A DNA stretch of 63,037 bases, filler included, from Octopus bimaculoides (GCF_001194135.2; 7 parts of 5 records of this genome joined end to end with filler, not necessarily neighbours in it), one strand, 5' to 3'. Positions 50,180 to 61,019 are shown, numbered from the whole stretch's first letter. The notes: a model not told the origin generated them from the sequence alone. Program-made: numbers and translations.

Positions 50180-52234
50180 CACATGAAGGGCTGAGTCCTG
50201 AGTTGATTCCAATGAAGGAGATGTGCAAACACCAGCTGCACAAACCTGAACCTCATAGGACCATTCTGGTGGTAAGAAGGATTCTAGGTTAGACCAGGGT
50301 CCAGATGGGGACTGCAGGGGCTGTGGAATATCCAGTCTTTCAGAGATCATCTCGATGCCTGCCTTCCTGGTATGTCTGAGTGTTGACGATAGCCTGTGCT
50401 GATGTGTTGAAAGCTCTTGTTTTTTAGGTCTGCAGGGGACTGTCAAACCCCCCTCATCCAAATGGACTGGGTGGGGTTACCAGTTCAGTCACTGCCCACC
50501 CATGAATTGGGGTATAGGGGTTATATAGTTACTGAAATAAACAAAAGAAACTAAAAAATATCAGCCAATTTTAACCAAAGAGAAACTTATTCTTGTCATA
50601 CTTTAATATTTTCAGACAGAAACCGAATGGGCATAGCTTTTGTGGGTTTTTTATCTTCTTTTTTTTTCGTTAAATAATTAACTTTTCAGAACAGTGTTGG
50701 ATCAAATTAAAAGATTTGCAATGAATCAGAACTGGACTCTGTTCTGCTAAGTCAGAATTGTCAACCTGCTAGCGCCCCACATTGAAGATGTGATGTTGTC
50801 ATTGCTAAGAAAGCAACTGTCATCACATGTGATTCGTTTACCAATGTAATTAGTTATTTATATGGTGAGTGAAGTAAACGAGTGAAGTAATCAGATTTCT
50901 GCTGATTGTTCACTGTGAACTGATCAGAAATTGATCTTAAATGTAGCATGAATAAATAATTACAAAATTAACATCAGTGGTGCAAATAGTGATGAAGAGA
51001 AAGAGGAAAAAAAAAAGAAGAAGAAGAATATAAAGTTGGCAACTCTCCAAGAATGAATGATGTGCATTGAGTGGAATCATTGCGAAACAGTTGTTTTCTT
51101 TATGCCGGAAGCTTTTAGAATTAGTGAAGTCAAATATTTGTTGAGAAACTGAGCAAACCATTTCACTTGAATGGTTCTTAGATGCTTGTTGTCTGCATTT
51201 GGGTAAATGTTAACAGGTGCATGATCATCTGTGCAGCCATTTTAAGCAGTTGCACTAATTTGCTGGGATTTGTGCATGTGTTTATGTTATTTGAAATGTG
51301 TTAAACAACTGCAGCATTGTAAAGAGAATGCTTTGGGTGTTTCTAATGTAGGAAGGGAGCAGAAATAACAAAAAACAGGAGCAGGAGGAATGTGAAGGTA
51401 AATTATGATGTTGTCTAAGCACCGAGTCAGCACTGACAGACAGTATTTAGGATCAAAGACATTCCAGCCATGACCAACTCTTTCTTCTACAGATATCTAG
51501 GATTACAGTATTGAGTGTATATTTTCCTAATTTAAAACAGTAAAGAAGGATTTGTGGATTTTAGCTGCTACTCTTAGCATGTCAAGTGACCACATACGAG
51601 AATGAATGACAGTGTTGACACCCTGAATGTGAACCTGCATTTCTTGGGTATAACATTAATCATATACTTACAGAAAGGGAGTTTCTGAGTGGTTCCTAGT
51701 GTCTGCTTGACAATGGGCTTACATAAGGATTCTGTCTATTTTAGTGTTGAGGGACATATTTTTGTCTGTAATTAAATATGTTGGGATATTCAATTTCAGG
51801 GCCCCATACAGGAGTAACAGAGGCAAAGGCTGCCCAGTAGTTATAATGTGTGTGTGTGCATGTGGTAGTGGGGGTATGGTGGTGGTTTATACCCTAGCAA
51901 ACCCAATCAAGCAATAAAAAGTGCTGGATTACTGGCCCTACAGAAGCACTATCTTGCAGAAGTCAGTCTGTAGTCAATTTGTTAGAGATTGGAAGCCAGT
52001 TAAACTGGAGAGGTAACTATGGTTTCATGCCCCCCCCCCCTCACCAACCAGCTAGTAAAGTGGCATCATATAAAAGCTAAAACAATGTGGAAAGGTGGTC
52101 TCTAGTCCCCCTGAAAGTCAGTTGAACTGCTCCATTCTTCTTCTCTAGTTCTAGTAAAGATTCAACAATAAGAACATAGTCATCAACATAGAGGAGCTCC
52201 CATGGGTAGCTTGTCTTGAATTCCTCCGTTATTG

Positions 52235-52727
52235 TAGTAAAGATTGTTTGCCAACATAACATGGCAGTCCTGGTTTAGGACGAATGTTGCTGTAATTTAG
52301 CCCCAAGAGACGACATCTCCAGTTGGCTATACGACATGACCCGTGCCCTTATATCTTCAAACAAAGGAATCTAGCACCCCCACTAAGCTCAAAACAATAT
52401 CTGTGCATCATGATTTCAGGGTTATTTCCCTTCATCAGCAAAGAATAATTGTTCAGCCAGAGGTGGTGCTGCCAAATTCCCGTTTGAAATATATAGTTTT
52501 CAAAGTGACAACTAATCACTGATCTATAAATTAGAAAATTACTATTTTTAAATCTCACAACGAGAGATATTCAGCAACAGTACTTTGTATTAAAGATTGT
52601 TTGTCAACATAACATGGCAGTCCTGGTTTAGGACGAATGTTGCAGTAATGTTGGCAAACAATCTTTACTCCAAAGTATTGTCACTGAAAATCTCTCATTG
52701 TGAGATTTAAAAATAGTAATTTTCTAA
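52235..52727 (-). mobile_element. ~493-bp non-autonomous element with terminal redundancy, inverted arm and hammerhead-like motif
   Basis: TSD TCCTCCGTTATTG / TCCTCTGGTATTG (11/13); 59-bp direct repeat 52238-52296 and 52591-52649 (57/59); 81-bp inverted repeat 52530-52610 and 52648-52728 (73/81). Confidence 0.8.
52400..52444 (-). ncRNA. Type I hammerhead-ribozyme-like motif (probably inactive)
   Basis: TCTTTG-CTGATGA-AGGG-aaataa-CCCT-GAAA-TCATGA-TG-CACAGA: canonical CUGAUGA/GAAA core, 4-bp stem II, palindromic ATCATGAT stem III region, stem I 5/6 paired; position 17 is G, which does not fit the NUH rule. Confidence 0.55.
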
Positions 52728-52999
52728 TCCTCTGGTATTGCCTGGAGGACTATCATGAGCAAAATGGGACTGAGGACTGAACCTTGGTGAACCCCTACTT
52801 GTATCCTGAATTCTTCACTATACTTATTGTCAACCTTCACTTTACTGACAGCATCCCTGTACATGGCTTGTACAGTTCTCACCAACCACTTGTCTATCCC
52901 TAGTTCCTCTCAGCAATCTCCCATCTATCCTTACATCTTGGTTGAAAATTGACACACACATAATACAGAATGTCTCAGTTGTAGAACCATTCAACACTG

Positions 53000-53780
53000 G
53001 TAGGGACCATAGCTTGTGATAAGTGAAGATGATCACTGAAACCTAGAATCAGCTTGAAGGAATTAATGAAGATTATGATTCAGAAAACCTGAAATGAGAG
53101 AGCTGCATGTAAAAACTGAGACCTGTAAACCTCCCAGAACAGATGAAAAGGAATTCAGGGGAAACCAGGAAAAAGCTAGAAAACTGAAAGTGGAACATGG
53201 AAAATCACCATTGAGTAATTCAATTCTCTAGAAGGTGATAAGTCTATCTGGAAAGTGACTTGAAGGATTATAGACTTAAGAAAATGTAGAAGAGAAGAAA
53301 AAAGATTAAAAAGATACAAGAGTTGGCACTGTAAAGATTGAAAATAAAAGTGAAAAAAAAAAACAAAAAAAAACACAAGAGCTCACATTGATAGGCAAAA
53401 GGATTGGTGGAGGATTTCTGTGAAACTACTTCCACAAATCTTTTATACAATCTGAGACAGACAATCCTTGATTGTCACAAGTGTTGGAAAAAGTGTCAGA
53501 AATATTAAGAACTAGAGGAGAGCAGCCATGGAAAGACATCATTCAACATTTTAATTAAAAAATGAGGAAAAATATCTTCACTGTGGAAGAAATTGAATAC
53601 TCCCTTGCTTTATAAGTGACAGAAAAGATCTGCAATGAATAGGGAAGATGATATTTTGGAGGGGCCAGAAAATAATGAAGAAGATAACTGCAAAGATTCC
53701 CCTAGAAATCCCAGTCATTTAGCTTCAATTACTTGTTCCTTTATATCAAATAATGAACAGTATTTCCAATAACATTTTGA
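53000..53780 (+). pseudogene. Unassigned decayed coding-like segment (probably transposon-derived)
   Basis: Fragmented translation EDFCETTSTNLL...LSQVLEKVSEILRTRGEQPWKDIIQHFN*KMRKNIFTVEEIEYSLAL looks protein-like, with stops; family not identified. Confidence 0.3.
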
Positions 53781-54611
53781 ATGTTTAAAAATTTGATTAT
53801 ACCTTTTTTAAAATCTATATTTTATCAAAATATAACTTGAAAACATAATTATGAGATGGAGTTTAAAATGTATAAAATATTTATGAGTTAAGTATTTAAA
53901 CTGCAATAACTTGTCAAAGGTTTCAATTGTCAATGAAAAAAAAAAACGAAAAAACATGTTTATTTTAAGAGCTGAACCAAACCGAGAGCACCAGTCATGT
54001 CTGTGAATCTACATTCAATATAATGGTGTACATTCAATATAATCATTGAACTGTCATTACTCTCATAGTTTTAAAGCAGAAATGGACTTTGGTGGAAATT
54101 ACAATTACATCAGAATTACATTATAACAACCAAAACCTGTAATTCTTACGCATTAACAATTATTTTTATGTATTATTTTCCATGTCACTTGTTAGTCAAT
54201 AAAAATTCTTTATTGATGTCAATTTTATCTGTGCTATTATGATATGGCACCAGATACACCTATTATTGTGACTGGCCAATTGACCATTTAGCTTTACTAT
54301 TTATTATTCCAATCACTGTTTATGGTTGGTGAACTAGCTGTTGGAAATAGTATGCCTTCACAATTACACACAGAGATACATGCATGCATACATACATACA
54401 CACAAAGAGAAATTAGGCTTTTCAAAACCAGAAAGGAGAAAGCTAATTCAAAGATTACAGATTCAATTCATCAATGGAACTGTAAAACTTTCCAGAAGTT
54501 TACCATTTAAACATATATGAGCATGTCTAGATATGCAACTATATGCATGAGAATACATATATAAAACATACAAATCTGCACATATATGTACATACATACA
54601 AACAAAAATAC

Positions 54612-54683
54612 CCTATGAATTGCAGAAGGAAAACAATTTCCAGGCTGGATTCCAAAAGTGGCCAGAATGCTAGTGCAAGCTGA
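54612..54683 (-). CDS. Candidate host exon (72 nt, phase 0-0), unverified
   Basis: Minus strand TCTCCTTTGAAATAG acceptor, AGG|GTATTT donor; open SACTSILATFGIQPGNCFPSAIHR; unique GC-richer island between microsatellites. No homology recognised. Confidence 0.35.
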
Positions 54684-54854
54684 CTATTTCAAAGGAGATG
54701 ATGTTAAAACTTAGGTAAATAAGTTTTTTTTTATTAAACATTACTAGTCCTTTTGATACCAGCTTGTATGTATGTATGTATGTATGTATGTATGTATGTA
54801 TGTATGTATGTATGTATCATGCATGCAAGCATTCATGTATATAATAATACTAAT

Positions 54855-55400
54855 AAAATTATTGTATTCAGTGCTCAGGTGCACTACAACTTGTCATAAG
54901 TGCATATAAAGCATATGCAGTAATGTACAAATGTCTGGAAAGTGAACAGTGTAGGAGTCAGATCCATGCTTGTGTGTGTATGGAGGGGAGAAAATCAGGT
55001 GTAGTGTTGGCGAATCTTAGGAAGCATGGAAGTTTTGAAGGATGCAATGCTCCGACAATGTATGTATGTATGTGCAGATTTGTATGTTTTATGTATGTCT
55101 TCTCATGCATATAGTTACATGTCTAGACATGCTCATATATGTTTAAATGATAAACTTCTGGAAAGTTTTACAGATTTTTACAGTTCCAGTGATGGATTAG
55201 ATCTGTAGTCTTCCAATTAGCTTTCTCCTTTCTGATTTTGAGAAGCCTAATTTCTCAAGATTGGTATTTAGGTAGTGTGTTACATATCTCAGGGCCCCAA
55301 TAATTACAGGTATAAACCTGAACTTGTAATCTGGATAGAGTAACTGCAGATTTCTCATTAGTTCCACATAGGTGTTCTCTTTTTCACTGATCTTCAGCTT
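54855..55400 (-). mobile_element. R4-related RLE LINE 3' end
   Basis: Minus strand KISEKENTYVELMRNLQLLYPDYKFRFIPVIIGALRYV...LQI*SITGTVKICKTF; 3' UTR interrupted by (TATG)n-like repeats. Confidence 0.75.
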
Positions 55401-55692
55401 TATGCATGTATGTATGTATGTATGTATGTATGTATGTGTATGCATGCGTGTATGTGTATGCATGTATGTGTGTGTGTATGTGTGTGTGTGTGTGTGTATT
55501 ATTCTTGAAGATATTGGTTCTATCTTCTTTCTATACATAACAGATCAATAGATCAATCAGTCTTGTATTATAAGGGTTAAAAAAAAGTGGTTTGTCTTCT
55601 TGTGAAAAGGTTTTACTCTCATATAATTAATATAACAATAGAATATTGTAAGAAAGCTATTGTACGAGTAGAACAGTGACTATTTATCTGCT

Positions 55693-55732
<40 letters not shown>

Positions 55733-56282
55733 GTTCATTACATAAAGTAAATTACTTGATGAATAATTATTGGTGTAGTTCAATATTGGGTGATCAATCC
55801 TGTTTACTTTAGAAGCAACCTGGAATAGTAGTTAGTTGTAGCTGCCATACTTTTCTAAATGCCATTAGGGTACAAAAAGCAAACACTCCATCATATTGTA
55901 ATAGTTATGCGTAAGATCGAGTTCCCCCTCAGTTTTTACTTATTTCCTTCATTAAATTCTGGACCAAGTTTCAATGACTTACCAGTTAATTAGTTGGATT
56001 ATAGAATATGAAATATCTAAATGTGCCAGATCAGTTGTGGTAATTAAGATTATAATTACCTGCAATAATTAATGTCATCTTAGTACATATTTTACATTAT
56101 TTAAATTGACCTTTTGACTCATTGGTTCAGTACCTGATTCCATCAAAGATCTATTTTGAGGTCTGTTCATGGTCGTAGACTGGACCTGCACCAGGGACTT
56201 TTATTTATAAGACAAGGTATACATTCACAAGTGGTTTAGACCATACAGAACATCATTATTAATTTAGTTTATATATGAAGGA

Positions 56283-56589
56283 GCACTCTGTCAGTTACAA
56301 CGAGGGTTCCAGCTGATATGTTTAACAGAACAGCTTGCTCATGGAATTAATGTACAAGTGGCTGAGTACTCCACAGGCATGCATACCCTTAATGTAATTC
56401 TCAGGGAGATTCAGGGTGACTCAGCTGGCCCTTTGAAATACGGGTACAACTCATTTTTGCCAGCTGAGTGGATTGGAGCAACGTGAAATAAAGTGTCTTG
56501 CTCAAGGACACAACACAATGCCAGCAATTGAACTCACAACCTTACAATTGTGAGCCGAATGCCCTAACCACTAAGCCATGCACCTTCAC
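56283..56589 (-). mobile_element. Hybrid SINE: family B head/core plus family E tail, CpG-decayed
   Basis: Minus strand TGGCTTAGTGGTTAGGG...TTGTGTCCTTGAGCAAGACACTTTATTTCACGTTGCTCC...CTCAGCTGGCAAAAATGAGT then GTGGAGTACTCAGCCACTTG (E tail). Confidence 0.85.
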
Positions 56590-56659
56590 TTACATATAAT
56601 GATTGCTTTTTCAAATCCAGTTTGAGACTGTCATCACCTGCAATAACAAAAGTGATGAC

Positions 56660-57075
56660 AATCTTCACCATCATCCTCCTTCCATGTTGGCATGAGTTGG
56701 ATGGTCTGACAGGAATTGGCCAGGCTGGAGCCTGCACCAGACTTCTATGTCTGTTCTGGAAGGGCTTTTATGGCTGGATGCCTTTCCTAACACCAACCAC
56801 TCAGTAGAATGGACTTTGTGCTTTTTATGTGATACAAGCACTGGTGAGGTCAGTCTTGGCAGGGTTTTTACAGTTGGATGCCCTTCCTAACACCAACCAC
56901 TTTACAGTGTGGACTGGATGCTTTTTAAGTGGCACCTGCACTGACAGGGTCACCAAGTAACTTGCAAGACAAGGATCCTTTGAGAGGGGAGGGGGCACTG
57001 GAGGAGGGGATCTTGTGTCAGATGATGAAAGGTTCAAGTGTGACAGAGAGATAGAAACAGGTGTGTTGCTTTTGG
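56660..57075 (-). mobile_element. RTE 3' UTR-related element (family D variant) with internal duplication
   Basis: GGATGCC(T/C)TTCCTAACACCAACCACT occurs twice (~56776 and ~56876); CATCATC tail at ~56660. Confidence 0.7.
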
Positions 57076-57096
57076 GGGAGGTAAATGGTTACCTGG

Positions 57097-57169
<73 letters not shown>

Positions 57170-57573
57170 NNNNNNNNNNNNNNNNNNNNNNNNNNNNNNN
57201 NNNNNNNNNNNNNNNNNNNNNNNNNNNNNNNNNNNNNNNNNNNNNNNNNNNNNNNNNNNNNNNNNNNNNNNNNNNNNNNNNNNNNNNNNNNNNNNNNNNN
57301 NNNNNNNNNNNNNNNNNNNNNNNNNNNNNNNNNNNNNNNNNNNNNNNNNNNNNNNNNNNNNNNNNNNNNNNNNNNNNNNNNNNNNNNNNNNNNNNNNNNN
57401 NNNNNNNNNNNNNNNNNNNNNNNNNNNNNNNNNNNNATACAGGGAACAGGAGGACAGGGTTGGGGAGTGAGAGAGAGAGAGAGAGAGTGCATGAAGGAGA
57501 AGATGTGAGGAAGAGAAGAGATGACGTTTGGTTCATTGGGGGGTGGCAAACTTACTGAAACAGTGCGTGTATG

Positions 57574-57614
<41 letters not shown>

Positions 57615-57808
57615 TTATTTATTTATATAAATTCGCTAGTTAAGAAAATGACTATAAGAGATGAAAGCAGTAACTATACCGAGACAACGTTTATCACCAT
57701 TTAAGCATGGCTGTTCTGTAGGAACTGATGCTACTGCGATTTTTAAGCCCAGGTGAACGTCTCCTCAAGTTGGTTATTTGATACAATCTGCACCCAATAT
57801 ATCCATTT

Positions 57809-57840
57809 CTGAGGATGACCACAAAGAGGTTGAAACCGTA
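57809..57840 (+). ncRNA. Hammerhead-like motif (Penelope-type)
   Basis: CTGAGGA-T-GACC-acaaaga-GGTT-GAAAC-CGTA; stem I not convincing. Confidence 0.35.
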
Positions 57841-58136
57841 TAGTCTGGTGGTCTCATGGCTGGATGTTGGTAGGGGTTCACTCCCACGTTTGCAATATAT
57901 ATCAGGTGCAAGTTGCATTGAATGACCAGCTGTTTAGTCTATTAAAACAGATTAAACAAAACAGGAGGATACGCATGGAATAGAAGAGCTGCTGAAGAGG
58001 TCACAAATGTGTGACAAAAGATTTCCAGACAATGAACACAAGATAAGACAAGAACAATGATAAATGAGTGAAGAAGAAATATATAGTATGTGTGTTTAGT
58101 TAGCAAGAAAAAGAAAATGACTATCCCAAAATACAA

Positions 58137-58180
<44 letters not shown>

Positions 58181-58916
58181 AAAATGAAAAAAAGCCAGAA
58201 TGCTGAACTGGAAGCATATTTTAATAAAGATTTTTTCTAACCGGTTTTCATTGCGAAAAAGCAAATTATCAAGAAGAAGGAGAATGAAAATGTTTTTTTA
58301 CAAAGAAGTACAAAATGAAGAAAATAATACATAAAAAAATAAATATACCCATACATTATATTGTCTTTGTGCTTTTGTAGTTCAATAGTAGTTCATGTAT
58401 AAACNNNNNNNNNNNNNNNNNNNNNNNNNNNNNNNNNNNNNNNNNNNNTTAATTAATTAANNNNNNNNNNNNNNNNNNNNNNNNNNNNNNNNNNNNNNNN
58501 NNNNTGTGTGTGTGTGTGTGATATTATACGCGTCTGTGTATTAGTACACAACTGTGCGCATTAGTATATATGTGCATCTATCTATCTACTCACGCACACA
58601 CGCGTACACACACGTAGACATGCACGGAAACAGAAAGAAAAAAGATAGATAGATAGACGTGTAAAGCTTTATATAGATATATCTATATATAATATAGATA
58701 TATCTATATATAATATAGACATATGAATGTGTATATATTTGTAATGACCAATCTTTAAAATAAATTTCATAACCACTTGGGCTTGTTTAAGAGATTTACA
58801 TCAAAGATTCTGGTAGTTTGGATTTCAGTCGACATGATGTTTCTCTTTAGTGCAGCTTAATTCTTGACGTATTTAGTATATATGTATATACATATATGTG
58901 GGTGTATGTATGTATG

Positions 58917-58989
58917 CAAGTGCAAAGAAAAAGTTAAAAAAGTATATATATCAATTCATATATGTGTATCTATATTCATGTGTATGTGT

Positions 58990-59026
<37 letters not shown>

Positions 59027-60077
59027 GTATGCATACATATATGTGTATACATACTTCCATATACTCACGGACATATATATATATATATATANNNNNNNNN
59101 NNNNNNNNNNNNNNNNNNNNNNNNNNNNNNNNNNNNNNNNNNNNNNNNNNNNNNNNNNNNNNNNNNNNNNNNNNNNNNNNNNNNNNNNNNNNNNNNNNNN
59201 NNNNNNNNNNNNNNNNNNNNNNNNNNNNNNNNNNNNNNNNNNNNNNNNNNNNNNNNNNNNNNNNNNNNNNNNNNNNNNNNNNNNNNNNNNNNNNNNNNNN
59301 NNNNNNNNNNNNNNNNNNNNNNNNNNNNNNNNNNNNNNNNNNNNNNNNNNNNNNNNNNNNNNNNNNNNNNNNNNNNNNNNNNNNNNNNNNNNNNNNNNNN
59401 NNNNNNNNNNNNNNNNNNNNNNNNNNNNNNNNNNNNNNNNNNNNNNNNNNNNNNNNNNNNNNNNNNNNNNNNNNNNNNNNNNNNNNNNNNNNNNNNNNNN
59501 NNNNNNNNNNNNNNNNNNNNNNNNNNNNNNNNNNNNNNNNNNNNNNNNNNNNNNNNNNNNNNNNNNNNNNNNNNNNNNNNNNNNNNNNNNNNNNNNNNNN
59601 NNNNNNNNNNNNNNNNNNNNNNNNNNNNNNNNNNNNNNNNNNNNNNNNNNNNNNNNNNNNNNNNNNNNNNNNNNNNNNNNNNNNNNNNNNNNNNNNNNNN
59701 NNNNNNNNNNNNNNNNNNNNNNNNNNNNNNNNNNNNNNNNNNNNNNNNNNNNNNNNNNNNNNNNNNNNNNNNNNNNNNNNNNNNNNNNNNNNNNNNNNTG
59801 TGTGTGTGTGTGCGATTTGTGAGTCTTTTTGTCACCCACGACCGATTAACAACCTGGGTATATGTGTTTTTGCCGCCGTAACATTGTGGTTCGATATAAC
59901 GGATTGACAGAACAATTACCAAGGTTTAAAACAAAAGTAGTGGTGTCGATCTTTTCGGCGAAAATTGTTCGAGGTGGTGCCCCAGCTTGGCTGCAATCTA
60001 ATGATTGAAACAAGTGCAAAGAAAAAGAGTTAAAGAAAGTATATACATATATATGTGTATCTATATTCGTGTGTGTT

Positions 60078-60122
<45 letters not shown>

Positions 60123-60192
60123 CTTTGTTTGTGAGTGTGTATGGTATGTATACATATATGTGTATACATACTTCCATATACTTACAGACATA
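58917..60192 (+). repeat. Diverged ~160-180-bp direct repeat pair (58917-59075 and 60011-60192)
   Basis: Both begin CAAGTGCAAAGAAAAAG and end TATGTGTATACATACTTCCATATACT(C/T)AC(G/A)GACATA. Confidence 0.85.
59798..60030 (+). mobile_element. SINE family C, 3' half
   Basis: (TG)n, GCCGTAACATTGTGGTTCG, GGTGTCGATC, GAGGTGGTGCCCCAGCTTGGCTGCAATCTAATGATTGAAACAAG tail. Confidence 0.75.
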
Positions 60193-60422
60193 AATTCAAA
60201 GATACATAATGTGCATATAAAAAGTCAATGAGGGAATTGAGAATTGCCCTATACATCCATCCATCCATACATACATGCATAAAGGCATATATACATACAT
60301 GCATATGTATATGCATATATATNNNNNNNNNNNNNNNNNNNNNNNNNNNNNNNNNNNNNNNNNNNNTTAATTAATTAANNNNNNNNNNNNNNNNNNNNNN
60401 NNNNNNNNNNNNNNNNNNNNNN

Positions 60423-60454
<32 letters not shown>

Positions 60455-60474
60455 AAAAAATCTAATTTTTACAT

Positions 60475-61010
60475 ACCTGTCTTAATTCAAAAGACCCTCA
60501 ACCACAACATGTTGGGTTATGTTCGTCATGAAACACTCTACCCACTGTAGCATCTTTCCACGGACTCCAGTGTTGGACAGTTTCTTCAACAGTGTTAATG
60601 ATGGTCATCATGCCTTATTTTCTTGTTGATTCTTTTTATTTTTTGAATAATCGCCCTTCTATTTCTCGGTATTCTGCACTTAGATTTGTTTACTGATCTG
60701 AATGGGGTTGAGGTGGGNNNNNNNNNNTGTTTACTGATCTGAATGGGGTTGAGGTGGGAAAACCTGTTTTCAAGCTGTCTGTGGACAAATTAACACTGGG
60801 AAGGTTGAGTCCCCCTTCGTTAATATGTTATCAGCATGACACTGATGGATGAAACACTTAATACTATTGAGGTATTCCTTGAAGCGTAGTAGAGGAGTTA
60901 GGGGTGGTCTATAGAGCCCAGCTGTAAAGATTGTTCAGCTTCCAAGAAATTTACGTGTATTTGTAACGTTGATCGCAAAAGAGAAACATTTATGAAAAAT
61001 GTACAGATAA
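60475..61010 (-). mobile_element. CR1/L2-like LINE relic (APE fragment plus RT fragment, internally deleted)
   Basis: Minus strand LYRPP...GD(F)NLPSVN (APE) and LLKKLSNTGVRGKMLQWVECFMTNITQHVVVEG (RT). Confidence 0.7.
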
Positions 61011-61019
61011 AAAGTTATC

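Larger units (their letters stand above)
52140..52935 (-). mobile_element. RTE-clade RT fragment split by an insertion
   Basis: GIDKWLVRTVQAMYRDAVSKVKV...QVGVHQGSVLSPILLMIVLQAIPE (52935-52728) resumes as ITEEFKTSYPWELLYVDDYVLI (52234-52140). Confidence 0.88.

Noticed and set aside
60687-60758. 31-bp exact tandem duplication
   Set aside because: The copies sit on either side of a 10-N gap; typical unmerged contig overlap.
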